NCBI GenBank assembly: GCA_002104945.1
Contig: MCFH01000032.1
Span: 124,001-188,000, forward strand
Origin: Piromyces finnis finn
Lineage: Eukaryota > Fungi > Neocallimastigomycota
Length of the DNA: 64,000 nt
Direction of reading: 5' to 3'
Shown in pieces: positions 1-12,077 of the stretch (the first letter of the stretch is position 1; every line of letters starts with the position of its first letter). Below the pieces are notes generated by a model. It was not told where the DNA came from. It did not search any database and saw nothing but the letters and a program-made list of their open reading frames with translations. The position numbers and the translations under genes were made by a program.

Positions 1-1075
1 GTCATTATAAAAATCATTATTTATGACATTGACATCTACTTTATTCAAACTTTGACTATCTTTTATTTCGCTACATATATTTGGATTAGTTGTATTGGCG
101 TCGTCATCATTTTTAGGTTTAGTTGTTGTTTTAATGTTGTCAAAATTATTACTAGAAATTTTTGCTACATTTTTACAATTGCTTTCATTAGTGATATTTA
201 TATTATTATCCGTTTTTCCATTTGAATTCTTATTTGTTATGAAAGAATTGGTAATTTTATCATTCCTTATTACTTCATTACTTTTTGTAATTTCCTCTTT
301 TTTCTCTATATTAGTTTTATTCCTACTGCTTTTATGATCACTTTCAGTATTATGAAATTCTTCTTTAATATACTCTATTTTTTCAATAATTTCATCATCA
401 TCATCATCATTAGTAGTAGTAGTAGTAGTAGTATCATCTTTTAATAATCCTTTCAACGAATGATGAAAATCCATATACTTTTCTTCATTCGCATTACTAT
501 GCATATTTTGAGTAAATATTTCACCATGATCCTCCTTTTCTGTATTTTCACCGTGATTACATGGTATTTCTTTTTTTTTTCTTATGCCCTTTTTTAGCCC
601 ATGAATGTAATAATAATAATAAAAATATAAGAGTAAAACTATTAAAAAAATATATATTGATTCAGTATTACACTTTATATCTCTATTTACATCATCTTTA
701 ATATTAAAAGTTAAATCTTGAAAAGCATCATCTAGATGATTATTTTCACTATCATTTATCTGCATTATATTTGGTTAGTAGTTAATAGAAAAATAAAATA
801 AAACCATTAGATTAACTATTTTTTATATAGAGAGGGATTAAAAAAAAAAAAAAGTTGTATTACACTAAAAAAATTATTATTCACTTCAAAATCTTTTATA
901 TATTCCTTCCTTAATTTCTCTATATCTGCTTTTTCTTGAAAGCTATTGAATACAAAATAATATGGAATTACTATTAATAAATACTTGATATAAATATATT
1001 TATTATTAATGTTTCTTTTTTTTTCGTTTATTTATTAATTTGATATTTAATGATTAAATACTTTTGATGTAGCAT
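1..1075 (-). CDS. Multi-exon gene of unknown function, low-complexity Asn/Asp/Thr/Lys-rich product; runs off the left edge of the window
   Basis: Putative ATG at 1075-1073 (MLHQK then GT donor). Exon-like blocks at about 884-945 (FQEKADIEKLRKEYIKDFE), 670-770 and 1-585, with GT/AG boundaries. No family motif recognised. Confidence 0.5.
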
Positions 1076-1889
1076 TTTTTAAAAACAAACTAGACTTTTA
1101 AAAAAGTTTGATATATATATATAAATATATATAAAATTAAATTAAAAGAAAAACGAGTATTAAAATTATATTTTCAGCAGCAACAGAAAAAAAAAATAAA
1201 ATGTTTATATACTTTTTAAAAAAAAAAACTTTATAATAAAAAAAGTTTAATTTATAAATTTTCTTACTTAAAAAAAAAAAAAGAGACTAGTTATTCAATG
1301 AATAAAAGTATATCTGATCCTATAATTACAAAATTAAATAGACGTTAATTTAGTTTATTCCTTTCAATTGATAATAATGAATATATGAATATTATTATAC
1401 TAACTAACACTTTTCTTTCTTTTTATAAAAAAAATAAAACTTTAAACAAATTGAATTCTTCTTTTCTTTCTTCAATATTTAATTAAAAAAAAAAAAATTA
1501 ATTAAAAAAAATGGTAGATACATTTTTTTTTTTATTGGTTTTTCAATATATAATAAATTATTTATTAAGCTACATGAAAACTTTATTTAAATGGGATTTT
1601 GATGTCTTCTTTCTTTTAAAAAAAAAAAAGATAAAATACAATAATAAAATAGATATTTTTTAAAAAAAAATAAACGTTAACACCAATAAGTAATAAATAA
1701 AAAAAAATATTGTTTTTTATACATTCTTCTCTATACTTTAAAAAAAAATAATACAATAAGTCATCTTTCTCCATAAAATTATCACTATCTTTGCACTTTC
1801 ATTTTCATTTCTTTCATTTTCATTAAAAAAAAAATAGTCAAAGTTTTTTTCTTTTATTTTCACTTTTTCATAAACATAAATTTTATATA

Positions 1890-3760
1890 ATGAATTTAGA
1901 ATTATTAGGTAAAATTTAAACAATTATTAAATTCTCTTTATACATAGTAACTTTTAATAATTTTTTAAAAAAATACATTCTAATAAATGTTACTTTAAAA
2001 AAAAAAAAAAAGATCCATTTCAACAAGAAGAAGTACCAGATATTATTAATAGTAATTTAGAAGATGGAGGAAGTGTAATAACATGTGCATTTAATAGACG
2101 AGGCGATTACGTAGCAGGAGGTTGTGTAGATGGTAGATGTCTTGTATGGGATTTTGAAACAACAGGAATAATAAGAGAATTTGATGGTCATGAAGATAAA
2201 GTAACTTCAATAAGGTAATAGGAAAAAAAAAAAAAATTGTATTTAAATTATTCATAAGCAAATGTTTAATTAATAATAATTGAAAATTAAATTCTTTAAT
2301 TTCATATATATATATTATAATCATTTATCTACACTTTATATTTTAAAAATAATTAATAATAATAATAAAACAAAAAAATTTAAATTCGCAATAATTATAA
2401 TATTCATTAGTTGGTCAAGGGATAGTAATTTTATATTATCATCTTCAAAAGACAAAAATTGTATAGTTTGGAACACAATATCAGAACAACAAGTTTGTAA
2501 ATTAAAGTTTGATACCCCAATAAAATTTGCATGTTTTCATCCAAAAAAAAAGTAATTGGTCATTTCATATAATTAATTCAGCAGTTAATCAATTTACAAA
2601 TTATTATAAAAAAAAAAAAAAGAAAGAAATTAACCCTGGTAATTTATAATATCATTAATATATATATATATATATATATTATTGAACCATATATATTATC
2701 GTCATTATCAAAAGAACTTTAATACTAGTATGTCCTCAAAAACATTTACCTATACTTGTTGATATTTCACCTCTGGATAAAGGAGAAAAAGAAATAAGGA
2801 CATTGGTTGAAATAGACAGAGTAGAAGTCGCAGCAAAGTAAATAGTCTTTGTTAACAAAAAAATAAATATATAATATTTAATATATATTATATATTATAT
2901 ATTAATGTTTCGAAATTTAAATAATAATATAAAATAAATAAAAACTTACATTATCCTTAAAAACAACATAAAGAACGGATTATCTAGCTTGCTTTTCGAG
3001 ATACGGAGAAAAAATATACTTTGGCTCGTCTAAAGGAAATATTTATGTATACGATTTAAATAAGCATAAGGTATAGTCATAGTTACCCTTTAATTATCAT
3101 TAAATATTATGAATACCTAAGAAGGATAAAAACATTTAAACTTTTGTCTAAAAAAAAAAAAAATTATTATTATTTATTTAAAATAAAATAATGATAAGTC
3201 GATTGACTCATTAAAAGTTAATGCAGGAAATTCAACTATAAAAAATATTCATATAAGTAAAAAGGGAAAGTACGTAAATCATCAAACATTTCAATTAACT
3301 TCTTAAATATTATATATAAATATATATTGCAATTTAATTTTTCATTATGATTATTATAATTATTGTTTCCGGAGGGTTTTTTGATACACTTTTTATTAAA
3401 TAAAATCATCATATTTATAATTATTTTTTATGATTCATTATAATAGAGATTTGTTGGTAAATTCAAGTGATAGACAAATACGAGTATTCACTATTGAGGA
3501 TAATGGAAAAATCGAACAACAAAATAAATTTCAGGATCCTGTAAATCAAATTCAGTGGGTTCAATGTTGTTTTAGTCCTAATGCTGATCTTGTTATAGGA
3601 GGTAAAATTATAAATTAATATAATAAATATTTTTAAATTATAAACAAAAAAAAGAGTCAATAATATAATTATATATATAAAATAAATAAAATATACAAAA
3701 AACAATAAATTATTAAAATACTATCAATTTTATATATCTTCAATATATTCAATATTTAAA

Positions 3761-3812
<52 letters not shown>

Positions 3813-4758
3813 TTAACTAATTTTAAATTAAATAGCTTCAGATACAAAACCATATAAAATCTATATATGGGATAAAGAAGATGGAAATTTAATGAGAATA
3901 TTAGAAGGATCACAAAATTCATTGGTTGATTTAGCAGTAAATATTAATTTAAAAATAATGATATACCACTATAATAATTATGGTGTTATCTATTTTTAAT
4001 TTGTTAGTTTTTTTTAAGAATGGAAAATGACTTAAAATATTTTATTTTTGTTATTGTTTTTATTGTTAATACTATGATAGTGGCATCCATTTAGACGTGA
4101 AATAATAACGGTTCCAAAGAACGATCCTATTGACGTATGGGTAACAACTTATCAAGAAAATTGGAGTGCTTTTGCACCAGGTAAATATACATTAAATATA
4201 TATATATTATATATATTATATATATATATATTTTTTTTTTGTTATATTATGGTATATTACACTTTATAAATCAAACGTATGATGACAAAATCTTAATATA
4301 TGTCTAATATTATTATATTTAATAAAATTTATTAAAAAAAAAAAAAAAAAAGATTTCCAAGAACTTGAAGAAAATATTGAATATATTGAAAGAGAGAACG
4401 AATTTGATATTGTAAATATTTTTAATCCTTTATTTATTATTATTGTTTGTTAATTAATTATTAATTAATTCATTTATTCATTCATAATTTAAATATTTTC
4501 AATTGTAAAAAGATAAATGAAAGTCAATTAAATCAATTAAAGCAACCAAAAGAACCAGAAGATGATGATGAAGATGAAGAAATCGACGTTTGTAATATTC
4601 AAAGAATAATATATAATAGTGATTCTGATTCAGAAGATGAAGAAATATTTTTTATTCCTGTTAAACCTGATGTCATGCAAAATAATCATGAATCTTATTC
4701 TCCTCAACATTCAACAGTACCAATGGATACACTATCAGAATTAAATGATTCTAGTTAA
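1890..4758 (+). CDS. SWD1: COMPASS/Set1C WD40 subunit Swd1 (RBBP5 ortholog), multi-exon
   Basis: Spliced translation begins MNLELL|DPFQQEEVPD...CAFNRRGDYVAGGCVDGRCLVWDFET...GHEDKVTSISWSRD. It contains the RBBP5 hallmark [28 protein letters not shown]. Canonical GT-AG introns; stop TAA at 4756-4758. Confidence 0.92.
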
Positions 4759-4963
4759 AAAAAAAAATTACATTCAAATATTTCGTTTTAAAAAAAAAAA
4801 AATATTAAATTATTCTATTCATTATATATCATTAATTGATTGTTAATAAAATTTTACACCATTTTTATATATAATAGTGTATATAAAAAAATAAGAATAT
4901 AACTACATCTATAGTTAAATAGTTTTAATGCTTTTTTTTTTAATAATTGTCATGAGAATAAAG

Positions 4964-4994
<31 letters not shown>

Positions 4995-5128
4995 GGAAGG
5001 AACTTTAAAAAAAAAGAAAGTTTCATTCAACTATTTAAAATAAAACCTTTACATGACATCCTAGAGTTTTAACTATAAAAGAAATTTTTATTACATTATA
5101 TCTTTTGGTCCAAAAATAAAATTATAAA

Positions 5129-5201
5129 TGCGAAGTGTGAGGTTCGAACTCACGACCTTAAGATTATGAGACTTACGCGCTGCCGACTGCGCCAACTTCG
5201 C
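5129..5201 (-). tRNA. tRNA-Met(CAT), elongator type
   Basis: Cloverleaf GCGAAGT...ACTTCGC-A, anticodon loop CTCATAA, T-loop TTCGAAC. G1:C72 and no GGG/CCC anticodon stem argue against initiator. Confidence 0.95.
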
Positions 5202-5211
5202 AAATATCATT

Positions 5212-5293
5212 CGTCACCTGCAGGACTCGAACCTGCGCTCCCAGAGGGAAATGGCTTAGCAGGCCACCGCGTTAACCACTCCGCCAAAGTGAC
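5212..5293 (-). tRNA. tRNA-Ser(GCT)
   Basis: 82 nt with long variable arm, anticodon loop CTGCTAA, GGTTCGAGTCC B-box, G discriminator; 10 nt upstream of tRNA-Met. Confidence 0.95.
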
Positions 5294-5358
5294 ATTTACA
5301 AATTTCAAATTTTTTTGTGTTTCTTTTAATGAAAAGTGTAGAAAATACACTAGAAATT

Positions 5359-6012
5359 TGTCAAGAGTTAGAGTGGATTTAGAATTATAATTAAGTCTAC
5401 TAGGTTAGGATAGGCTTAATTATATAGTAAATAATAAATTTTTATAAATAAAAGAGTAATAAATATAGTTTTTTAAGAAATATTTTATTTAATTTTTATA
5501 ATATAAGTAAATGATAATTATTAATTTTAAATATTGAATTTACTATATAAAAATGAGTATAATAATCTCACAAAGAACTTCTTAAAGTTGTTCTTTGTTC
5601 AACTTATTTATGCTTTCATTTTAATATAATATTTTAATATAATATTGATATTAATAAAGTATAATAATAATATAATTTAAGTTATACATGTATAATAATA
5701 TAAATATAAATATTAATAAAATATAATAGTAATAATAATATAATTTTCTTTAAATATCGATATTAATAAGTTGTTAAAAATAATATTAATAATTATTTAA
5801 ATGAATCTTATTTTACTAATTGGTTTGTTTAATATTAATTAATTGTTACACTATTTATCTCCGGATAATAAATAGCTTTCCAATTAATATTTATATTAAA
5901 TAAACTATTATTAGTAAAATATTATTAAATTAATATTTTAATTAATTTAACTAATAATTCAAAATTATGAAATTTCATGAAATGTCAAATTTCATGAATT
6001 GTGATTTTGACA
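5359..6012 (-). repeat. 3' LTR of element 1 (654 bp)
   Basis: Near-identical to 11438-12077; differs by a few substitutions and a short duplication near 5620-5645. Confidence 0.95.
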
Positions 6013-6025
6013 ACGCCCTTCCACT
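6013..6025 (-). other. Polypurine tract of element 1
   Basis: Sense strand AGTGGAAGGGCGT directly abuts the 3' LTR start TGTCAA. Confidence 0.7.
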
Positions 6026-6529
6026 AAAATTGGATACTAGACAATTTTTTGATAGTGGAATATCTTATATTGAATTTAAAATATTGAAATTTTAATATTT
6101 TCAAAATTTTTGAAATTTCGAAATGGTCACATGAGGATGGAGGAATGAATTTTAAATGGCCATTTCGCGAAATTTCAAAAGTTGTTAAAAATTGGTAAAA
6201 ATGAAATTCTGTTATGAAATACATATATGTATTGTATAAAAAATGTGTTTTTGAAATTTTTTATGTTGTACAACTGTCATAATTGAAATTTTGAATTTTT
6301 TGAAATTTTAAATTTTGATTTTAAAGGGTTTTTTATGTTTTTTGAAATTTTTAAAATTTGATATTAAAAATATTAATAATAATAAGCTGAAAAATAAATT
6401 TTATAATTAAAAAATAGTGAATATAAAAATTTTTGAAATTTCAATTTTTAAATCTGTGATGGGCTAAATTGAAGTAATTTTGTATTATAATAGTTTTCTC
6501 TTTTTTTTTTTTCCATTCTCTCTCTTTCT

Positions 6530-6592
<63 letters not shown>

Positions 6593-6598
<6 letters not shown>

Positions 6599-9500
6599 AT
6601 AAGCGATATCAATAGGCTTCCTATTGTTCTTTAAATATAATAAGAAGATATTTTGGTTTCTTGGGTTATCTTCAACTTCACTAGAAGGAACCCAATTATA
6701 TTGAGAACGGTATTTGTATCTAATTTTGTATTCATACCGTTTAAGTTTATAATTAGTTCGAAATCCCGCAATCTCAATGATGTCTTTAATTGATTCGGGA
6801 TCCTTTGATCTTGATAAAAATCTTGAAGGGGTAGGAATAAAAGGTTCAAGTTCCGAAATATGGAAGATTGGATGATGTTTTGGGAAAGGAGAGTTGTGTA
6901 TATCTATTTTATAATTGTTATTTTCCAAAACATTTAAAACTTTATAGGGTCCATATTTACAAGGAGAAAGTTTTGGAGTTTCTTCCGTAGAAAAGGATGG
7001 AGGAGCTTGAATCCAAACTTTATCGCCAACTTTAAATATAGGAGGTGACATCCTTTTCTTATCGGCATGTTTTTTATATAAATCCTTGGCTCTAAATAAA
7101 ACTTCTTTAACATAATTAAAATTATCACAAACATTTCTAATAAAATTATTATTAGTATAGGATTTGTCATAAAGGAAAACATCATCAACAGGAGGGTGGA
7201 ATCCATAGTTAATAAAGAAAGGACTTTGTTTGGTAGACTCATTAATAGAATTGTTATAAACAAATTCGGCTAAGTGAATCCATTCAACCCAATCATCATG
7301 ATAATAGGACTTTGAATAACAGCGGAGATATTGTTCAATAAAAGAGTTACATCTTTCAACTTGCCCGACCGTTTCATGATGATCAGTGGTAGCAATTTTA
7401 GTTTTAACTTTAAGTTCTTCCATTAAACTATTCCAAAGATCACTAGTAAATTGAGAACCACGATCAGTATAAATATCAGAAGGCAATCCATGAAGTTTGA
7501 ATATATTTTTAATAAAAGCTGTAGCTGTTTGTTTAGCATCGGGTATTTTCTTAAAAGGAACTAAATGAATCATTTTTGAAAATCTATCTACAGTAACCAT
7601 TAGAACAGTATATCCTTTAGAATCAGGTAAACCACATAAAAAGTCAATTTCAACAGAACGCCATGGTCTATCAGGAGTTTCTAAAGGTTGTAAAGGACCA
7701 TATTTTTTGTGTTTATTGAATTTGTTTCTAGTACAAGTTTCACAAGAATTAACAAATTCAGTTACATCTTTATGAATTTTTGGCCACCAATAGTTTCTAG
7801 TAATTAATTCTTCAGTTCTTTTAATACCCAAATGACCAGCAGCAGGATTTTCATGGTATCGCATAAGTACTTCTAATCTTAAAGCTTCAGGAATATATAT
7901 TAAATTATTATAAAGAATCATATTATTTTGAATCTTGAATTTATTCATTTTTCTAAAAGGTCTATAAAAATAACCTTGATTAGCATTATTTGGTGCAAAA
8001 TATAATCTAATATCGTTTGCAGTATTATCTGTTTTAGTATATTCGATAACTTTATCAATAAAGTCACTAAGAATTCCCACAAAACATGGAATGTTTTTAA
8101 CATTTTTTATATCTAAAATATGCTCAGGTTTTATTTGTTCATTACCAGAATTATAATCAGGTCTTCTAGAGAGACTATCTGGCTTACCATTTTTTCTTCC
8201 TTGGCGATAAATTAATTCAAAATCATATTCTTGAAAGAAGAGATGCCAACGATGTTGACGTTGATTTTGAATTTTTCCACCTAAAGTATAAAGTAAATTG
8301 CGGTGGTCTGTATAAACTTTTACTTTAAATTTAGCACCTAAAAGTAGATGTCGCCAAGCCGAAAAAGCAGATTTAATAGAAAGAAGTTCTTTATCTGTAA
8401 TAGAATAGTTCCTTTCTGTATCATTTAAACTTCTGGAAAAATAAGCAACAGGATGTAGTTTTTTATCATCATCATATTGAGATAAAACGGAACCTATTGC
8501 GAAATTGCTGGCATCACATTCTACTATAAACGGCCTATTAGTGTCAGGAAAAACTAAAACGGGAGAGGTAATTAATTTATTTTGTAAATTTACGAAAGCA
8601 TCATCACATATCTTATTCCAATGAAACTTAACATTTTTCCTAGTTAAATTATGTAAAGGTTTGGCGATTTTGGCAAAATTATTAACAAACCTTCTATAAT
8701 AATTACAAAGACCAAGAAAGCGTTGAACATCTTTAACACATTTTGGTCTAGGCCATTCTTTAATAGCTTCGATCTTCTTTGGATCAGTAGAGATACCATT
8801 ACCTGAAATAGTGAAACCTAAGAATTCAACTTCATTTTTATGAAATTCACATTTTTCAAATTTTGCATATAAGTTGTTTTGTATTAATTTATCTAAAACA
8901 GATCTTACATGGTTGATATGATCGTTGAGATTTTCTGAGAAAATTAAAATATCATCCATGTATAAAATAACAAATTTATCCAAATATTCGCGTAATATTG
9001 AATTTATGAATAATTGAAATATTGCTGGAGCATTTTTTAATCCATATGGCATTACTAAATATTCGTAATGACCAAACTTTGTTCTAAAAGCAGTCTTATA
9101 TTCATCACCTTCTTTTATTCTTATCAAATTATAAGCTGATCTCAAGTCCAATTTAGTGAAAATTTTTGAACCCCTAACCCTTTCAATGATATCTGAAATT
9201 AAAGGTAAAGGGTACGAATTTCTTACTGTTACAGCGTTTAACTTTTTGTAATCAATACAGACCCTTAATGAGCCATCTTTTTTCTTCTGGAAAACAACAG
9301 GGTAACCTGCAGGAGATTCAGAGGGCCTAATAAAACCTTTTTTAAGATTTTCATTAATATATTCTTGTAAGGCTTCTTCCTCTTGTCTTGATAAAGGATA
9401 GATAGGTCCATAATGTAAAGTGGCGTCATTTTCTAGGACTATTTTACAATCAGTTAAACGGTGTGGAGGTAACTTATCAGCTTTTGATTTGCTGAAAACA

Positions 9501-10279
9501 ACAGCAAGATCTTTATATTCATTAGGGATATCATCCATGATAAGGGTTAGGTCATTTTCTTCATCATCTTCAAAATTTTCGACATTTTCAGATAAAAATG
9601 AATGGATAAAATAGTTGATATCACTCTTATTAAAAGACGTAGAATTATTATCTTTAACTTGACGATTAGATTTATGAGAGAAATTAGTAGAATTATTATT
9701 AGTATTATCGGAAAATGAATTATTAAAATCTTTTTTAGAATGAGAAACTTTTAAATTTTTTGAAAAAATTTTTAAATTCTTATTATTGAAGTGTTTAAAA
9801 TTATTACAATATAAATGATTATTTTTATAATTAAAATGAATCTTAAATTTCTTCATGAATTTATTTCCAAATAATAAATCCATAGGAATATGTTCTGAAA
9901 CTAAGAATTTTTCTTTAAAAGATATAAAATAAAATTTATTTTTGATAAAAATTTTTAATTGAAATTTTAAATAAACATAATCATTGATATCAGTAGTAAA
10001 CCCACTAATACCTTTTATAATCAATTTGTTTTTTAATTTTCTTTTAATTAAATTATATTTTTCTACAAATATGGTAGAAATAAAGTTGCATGAGGAACCT
10101 GAATCAAGTATTGAATTACAGGTTATTGGAGAATTGGTAATAAAATTAGAGTTGTTATTTAGAAATTCTTTAGGAATATATGAATTAAAGGTTAGAAATG
10201 AATTTAAATTGGGATTTTCTTTGTTCTCTAGAGATGGGAAATTATAATAAATAATTTTTGGTGTATTATGAACATCCAT
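6593..10279 (-). CDS. pol: Pol polyprotein of element 1 (aspartic protease, RT, RNase H, integrase, C-terminal chromodomain-like region)
   Basis: ILDSGSSCNF (PR), YMDDILIFS (RT), VECDASNFAIGSVL (RH), H..GHLG..CETC zinc finger and DDE core (IN), GPYKV motif, then IIEIAGFR...YEYKIRYKYRSQYNWVPSSEV (chromo-like). The frame stays open upstream to the gag end. Confidence 0.96.
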
Positions 10280-10312
10280 TGACGTCTTATGGTGTTCATT
10301 GTTTAAAAATTT
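10268..10312 (-). other. -1 programmed ribosomal frameshift signal, gag to pol, element 1
   Basis: A AAT TTT heptamer immediately before the gag stop, 6-nt spacer, then hairpin ATGAACACCAT-(9 nt)-ATGGATGTTCAT. The -1 frame reads open into pol. Confidence 0.85.
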
Positions 10313-11403
10313 TTTGAAGAAATTTTTTGGGTTTTTGTAGTGGAATAATTATTATTATTATTACCACCATTATTATTAGTTGAATAATTAGATTTTAAAT
10401 TATTATTGTTATTATTATTATTGTGATATTTTTGATAATTGTTTCTATTATTATTATAATTATTGTTATTGTTATTATAAAATGAATTTTTTCTTCCATG
10501 GCTTTTATTATTAATTTGGTTTAACTTTTTATTTGAAACATTGTTTTGTTCAAATAAAATACATCTTGTGAAAATAGCTTCGAGAGTAGTAGGAAAGTCA
10601 TCTAATCTTTCAATATCTTCTTGATACTTAGGATGAAGACCAGTATAAAACATAAGAGTAACAGCCTCTTGATCCCAGTTAAAATATTGAATATATGATC
10701 TAAATTCTTCCATATATTCATTAATTTTTCCATATGTTTGTTTCAATTTACTTAGCTTAATCTTGGCTAATTTGCGGCTTGAAACATTTGGAAAAGCATT
10801 TTTTAATTCTACTAATAATTCAAACATAGTAGAGGGATGAGTATTTCCACTGTATCTTGTTAAATACCAAGTTCTAGCAATTCCTCTTAATCTTGTTTTA
10901 ACAAAATTAATTTTGGCTTCTTCCATCATATGCTTATTAGGATAAGTGCTAAAAGTATCTTCACAAATTTGACAGAATAGTTCAGTTTCATGAGGATCAC
11001 CAGAAAAAAGACCTGGGTCTGGAACTTGATTTATTGGAGTGGAATATTTTGATCTCATTATTACATCAAAATCCAAATCATATTTTGTAGATGTAGATGG
11101 AGCAACTGAAGGGGTTAGGTCTGGCTGACCACCACTTGGTTTTCCATTCTTATTTAAATACTCTTGAATGGTGTTGATATTGTTAGAGACCGATTCCAAA
11201 ACTTGTGCGAAATTAGCAGTATTTCTTTTAATTTCTTGAAACTGAGATTCAATATGTTTTTCAAAGTCTTTAACTTGACTAATAGTAGCAAAGTTTTCTT
11301 GAACGCTGTTCATAATGTCTACAGCAGTAGTTTTAGCATCTTCGCGGAGTTGATTAACTTCATCCATAGTTTGCCAAGAGCTAGCAAAGTTTTGTTCTGC
11401 CAT
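10303..11403 (-). CDS. gag: Gag of element 1 (366 aa, Ty3-type capsid, Asn-rich tail, no CCHC knuckle)
   Basis: PDPGLFSGDP...AKINFVKTRLRGIARTWY retrotransposon gag signature; lies between the 5' LTR and pol. Confidence 0.92.
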   Translation of the reverse strand: MAEQNFASSWQTMDEVNQLREDAKTTAVDIMNSVQENFATISQVKDFEKHIESQFQEIKRNTANFAQVLESVSNNINTIQEYLNKNGKPSGGQPDLTPSVAPSTSTKYDLDFDVIMRSKYSTPINQVPDPGLFSGDPHETELFCQICEDTFSTYPNKHMMEEAKINFVKTRLRGIARTWYLTRYSGNTHPSTMFELLVELKNAFPNVSSRKLAKIKLSKLKQTYGKINEYMEEFRSYIQYFNWDQEAVTLMFYTGLHPKYQEDIERLDDFPTTLEAIFTRCILFEQNNVSNKKLNQINNKSHGRKNSFYNNNNNNYNNNRNNYQKYHNNNNNNNNLKSNYSTNNNGGNNNNNYSTTKTQKISSKNF

Positions 11404-11427
11404 CCTAAGGTAGTAACCAAAGTTAAG

Positions 11428-11437
11428 GTGAGATTAT
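11428..11437 (-). other. Primer-binding site of element 1 (not tRNA-complementary; complementary to its own LTR)
   Basis: Sense ATAATCTCAC follows the 5' LTR directly and lacks TGG. Its exact complement lies in the LTR at 11640-11649. Confidence 0.8.
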
Positions 11438-12077
11438 TGTCAAGAGTTAGAGTGGATTTAGAATTATAATTAAGTCTACTAGGTTAGGATAGGCTTAATT
11501 ATATAGTAAATAATAAATTTTATAAATACAAGAGTAATAAATATAGTTTTTTAAGAAATATTTTATTTAATTTTTATAATATAAGTAAATGATAATTATT
11601 AATTTTAAATATTGAATTTACTATATAAAAATGAGTATAATAATCTCACAAAGAACTTCTTAAAGTTGTTCTTTGTTCAACTTATTTATACTTCATTTTT
11701 AATATAATGTTGATATTAATAAAGTATAATAATAATATAATTTAAGTTATACATGTATAATAATATAAATATAAATATTAATAAAATATAATGGTAATAA
11801 TAATATAATTTTCTTTAAATATCGATATTAATAAGTTGTTAAAAATAATATTAATAATTATTTAAATGAATCTTATTTTACTAATTGGTTTGTTTAATAT
11901 TAATTAATTGTTACACTATTTATCTCCGGATAATAAATAGCTTTCCAATTAATATTTATATTAAATAAACTATTATTAGTAAAATATTATTAAATTAATA
12001 TTTTAATTAATTTAACTAATAATTCAAAATTATGAAATTTCATGAAATGTCAAATTTCATGAATTGTGATTTTGACA
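11438..12077 (-). repeat. 5' LTR of element 1 (640 bp) with TATAAATA at 11683-11690
   Basis: Direct repeat of 5359-6012; TG...CA termini. Confidence 0.95.

Larger units (their letters stand above)
5359..12077 (-). mobile_element. Full-length Ty3/Gypsy LTR retrotransposon (element 1, family A; chromovirus-like, probably self-priming)
   Basis: Direct LTRs 5359-6012 and 11438-12077 with TGTCAA...TTGACA ends. 5-bp TSD AAATT (5354-5358 and 12078-12082). Intact gag, and pol in PR-RT-RH-IN order. Confidence 0.97.

Noticed and set aside
5166-5390. ORF MRLTRCRLRQ... (also at 25488-25697)
   Set aside because: Antisense translation of the tRNA-Met/tRNA-Ser pair.
6631-11469. Small ORFs overlapping gag/pol (for example 6934-7263, 9984-10247, 11164-11469)
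   Set aside because: Alternate-frame or antisense shadows of retroelement genes with no recognisable motif.
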